From NCBI GenBank assembly GCA_029717555.1, contig JAMDHS010000018.1, forward strand, positions 248,001 to 283,987: a stretch of DNA of 35,987 bases, read 5' to 3'. This document shows, in pieces, positions 33,701-35,987 of this stretch. The first letter of the stretch is position 1. Each line of letters opens with the position of its first letter. Below the pieces are notes generated by a model. It was not told the origin of the DNA, ran no database searches, and worked only from the letters and a program-made list of their open reading frames with translations. The position numbers were made by a program, and so were the translations under genes. The stretch comes from Peribolospora baueri (lineage: Eukaryota).

Positions 33701-35471
33701 CCGGCGGCGTGTGCACGCCGGAGCAGTGGCTGAGGATGGACGAGATTGCGGACAAGCACGGGAACCACACGTTCAAGCTCACCACGCGGCAGACGTTCCA
33801 GTTCCACGGCGTCGTCAAGAGCCACCTCAAGTCGGCGATGCAGGACATTAACAAGTCGCTCATCGACACCATCGCGGCCTGCGGCGACGTCAACCGCAAC
33901 GTCATGTGCAGCGCCAACCCGACGCTGTCGCCATTGCACGCCGATGTGCAACAGCTGGCAAAGGCGCTCAGCGAGCACCTCCGGCCCAACTTGGCGGCGT
34001 ACCACGAGATCTGGCTCGACAAGAAGATGGTGTTTGGAGAAGCGGTCAAGGAGGTGGAGCCCCTGTACGGCCCGGCATACCTGCCTCGCAAGCACAAGGT
34101 GGCGCTTGCCATCCCGCCGGTGAACGACGTGGACGTGTTCGCCCACGACCAGGGCTACATCGCCATCGTTGATCCCTCGACGGGCCGCCTGGACGGCTTC
34201 AACGTCTCAATCGGAGGCGGCATGGGCGTGACGCATTCGATGAAGAAGACCTACCCTCGCCTCGGCACGGTGATCGGCTTTGTCAAGACGGAGCAGGTGC
34301 TCGACGTTGCGGAGAAGATCATGCTCGTCCAGCGCGACTTTGGCGACCGCAAAGACCGCAAGCAGGCGCGACTCAAGTACACCGTCGACCGCCTGGGCGT
34401 GGAAAACTACGTGGCCGAGGTGGAGCGTCGGCTCGGGTACAAGCTGGAGCCGGCGAGAGAGTTCAAGTTTGAGCGCAACGTGGACAAGTTTGGCTGGGAA
34501 CAGGGCCACGACGGCAACTGGCACTTTACCATGTTCATCGAGAATGGGCGCGTGGCGGACGAGCCGGAGGTGCAGTACAAGAGCGGCATGCGCGAGGTGG
34601 CCAAGCGACACAAGGGCACTATCCGTCTGACGGCCAACCAGCACCTCATCCTCTCCGACGTGCGCCCCGAGGACTTGGACGAGATGAAGGCCGTCCTCAA
34701 GGAGCACGGGTTGGACAGCGTCAGCCAGAGCAAGCTCCGTCACGCGTCATCCGCTTGCGTCGCCTTCCCCACGTGCGGCCTCGCCATGGCCGAGTCGGAA
34801 AGGTACCTGCCTCAGCTGGTCACCAAGGTGGAGAAGCTGATGGAGGAGGTTGGCGTCGACGAGGAGATTGTGATGCGTATGACTGGATGGTGAGTGGCCG
34901 GTGCCATGTTCTGCGTGGTCGTTCGTCGTTTCTCATTTCTTCTGTCCCTCGCCGTCCGTCTGCAGCCCGAACGGCTGCGCGCGACCTTGGCTGGGTGAAA
35001 TCGCTTTTGTCGGCAAAGGTGAGCGTCTTCCCTTTCCGGACGGGGAGCCAAGCAAGGAGGGTGGAGGGCTGACGAGGTGTTTCGTCGATTCGGCAAACTT
35101 AGCTCCCGGTCAGTATCTCATGCTCCTCGGCGGAGGATACGCCGGCGAGAGGCTCAACAAGATCTACAAGGAGAACGTGAACGAGCAGCAGATCGTGAGT
35201 CGCGCGGTTTCGAATCGACAGAGAGAGCCACGTACTGTGATCGAAATCGCTGGCTGACCCGTCCATCTCCGTCCGCCCGCCCGCCCGGGATGGATACGAT
35301 ATCCAGCTGGAAACCCTCCGACCGATCCTCAAGTCGTACGCCCTGGACCGTCTGCCAGGCGAGCACTTTGGCGACTTTGTGGTCCGCAAGGGTATCATCA
35401 AGGCCACCACGCACGGCACCAACTTTTACGACCACATGGCCCCGGGCGACGCCGTGCAGACGGCGGCGTGA
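30766..35471 (+). CDS. MET5: assimilatory sulfite reductase beta (hemoprotein) subunit Met5/Ecm17
   Basis: An N-terminal PFOR-like region ([36 protein letters not shown]), a flavodoxin domain ([30 protein letters not shown]) and NIR/SIR domains ([73 protein letters not shown]). Introns at 34890-34965, 35019-35102 and 35195-35306. Stop TGA at 35469-35471. Confidence 0.97.
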
Positions 35472-35733
35472 TGATGCGGTTCCCCCCACTCTGTTTTCTC
35501 TCTCTTGTCTATATAAACGCACACACATATATAGATCCTCTCCTCTCATTTGTCTTTCATTTTCATCTTCCGCGCCTCGCCTTCCTGCCAGCACCCGCCT
35601 TTATTGCCTCGGAACACGAACGAAGATCAGTGTCAGAAACACAAAGGCCGAGCGAGAGCCGCTCGGTCGGTCGGTCACTCGGTCGGTCGCCCGTCTGGCG
35701 GCGGTGGCAGTGTCGAAGAAGATCGTCGATTCG

Positions 35734-35864
35734 AAGAAGGAAGAAAGCAGGAAGGAAGGCAGGAATGAAGGACGGAATGAATGAAAAGAAGGAAGGAAGG
35801 AAAGAAAGAAGGAAGGAAGGAAAGAAAGAAGGAAAGAAAGAAGGAAAGAAAGAAGGAAGGAAGG
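35734..35864. repeat. (GAAG/GAAA)n polypurine tract
   Basis: About 130 bp dominated by GAAG/GAAA units, and purely purine from ~35783. Confidence 0.85.
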
Positions 35865-35987
35865 ATCGGCCACCACTTTGCCCCTTCTCCGTCGGGCCCG
35901 GCTTCCGTCCACGGTCTGCTGAGTCTGTCGATTTCAATTCTCATTCCTCTCGGATGCCTTACAGCTACTCGAACCCGTTCCGACCCT

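Noticed and set aside
31435..34743. Long antisense ORFs (389, 469 and 178 aa) opposite MET5
   Set aside because: These are the expected shadow of strong GC3 codon bias in the sense gene. They have no recognisable motifs.

Overview
GC-rich, intron-rich eukaryotic DNA, most consistent with a basidiomycete fungus (short GT-AG introns of ~75-200 nt, GTGAGY donors, a retained Rab18). I reconstructed the spliced genes by hand. Left to right: Byr4/Bfa1 (-, runs off the left edge), CWH43 (-), Rab18 (-), a HINT3-like HIT protein (+), GAA1 (-), a multiply frameshifted orphan reading frame (+), a ~1017-aa Ser/Pro-rich orphan (-), NCS6/CTU1 (+), MSC7-type aldehyde dehydrogenase (-), NDUFAF7/MidA (+) and sulfite reductase beta subunit MET5 (+). 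I found no rRNA, tRNA, CRISPR array or recognisable intact transposon. The most intriguing signal is a uORF starting with 11 consecutive Met codons, 269 nt upstream of MET5. Its stop overlaps (ATGA) a second, Pro-rich uORF that ends 15 nt before the MET5 ATG. This is a candidate methionine-sensing leader, but a neutral microsatellite is a real alternative. Other notable items are the frameshifted orphan, a GC-AG intron and 12-23 nt micro-exons in CWH43, and internal repeats in the orphan protein. All gene identities come from recognised motifs; no database search was run.
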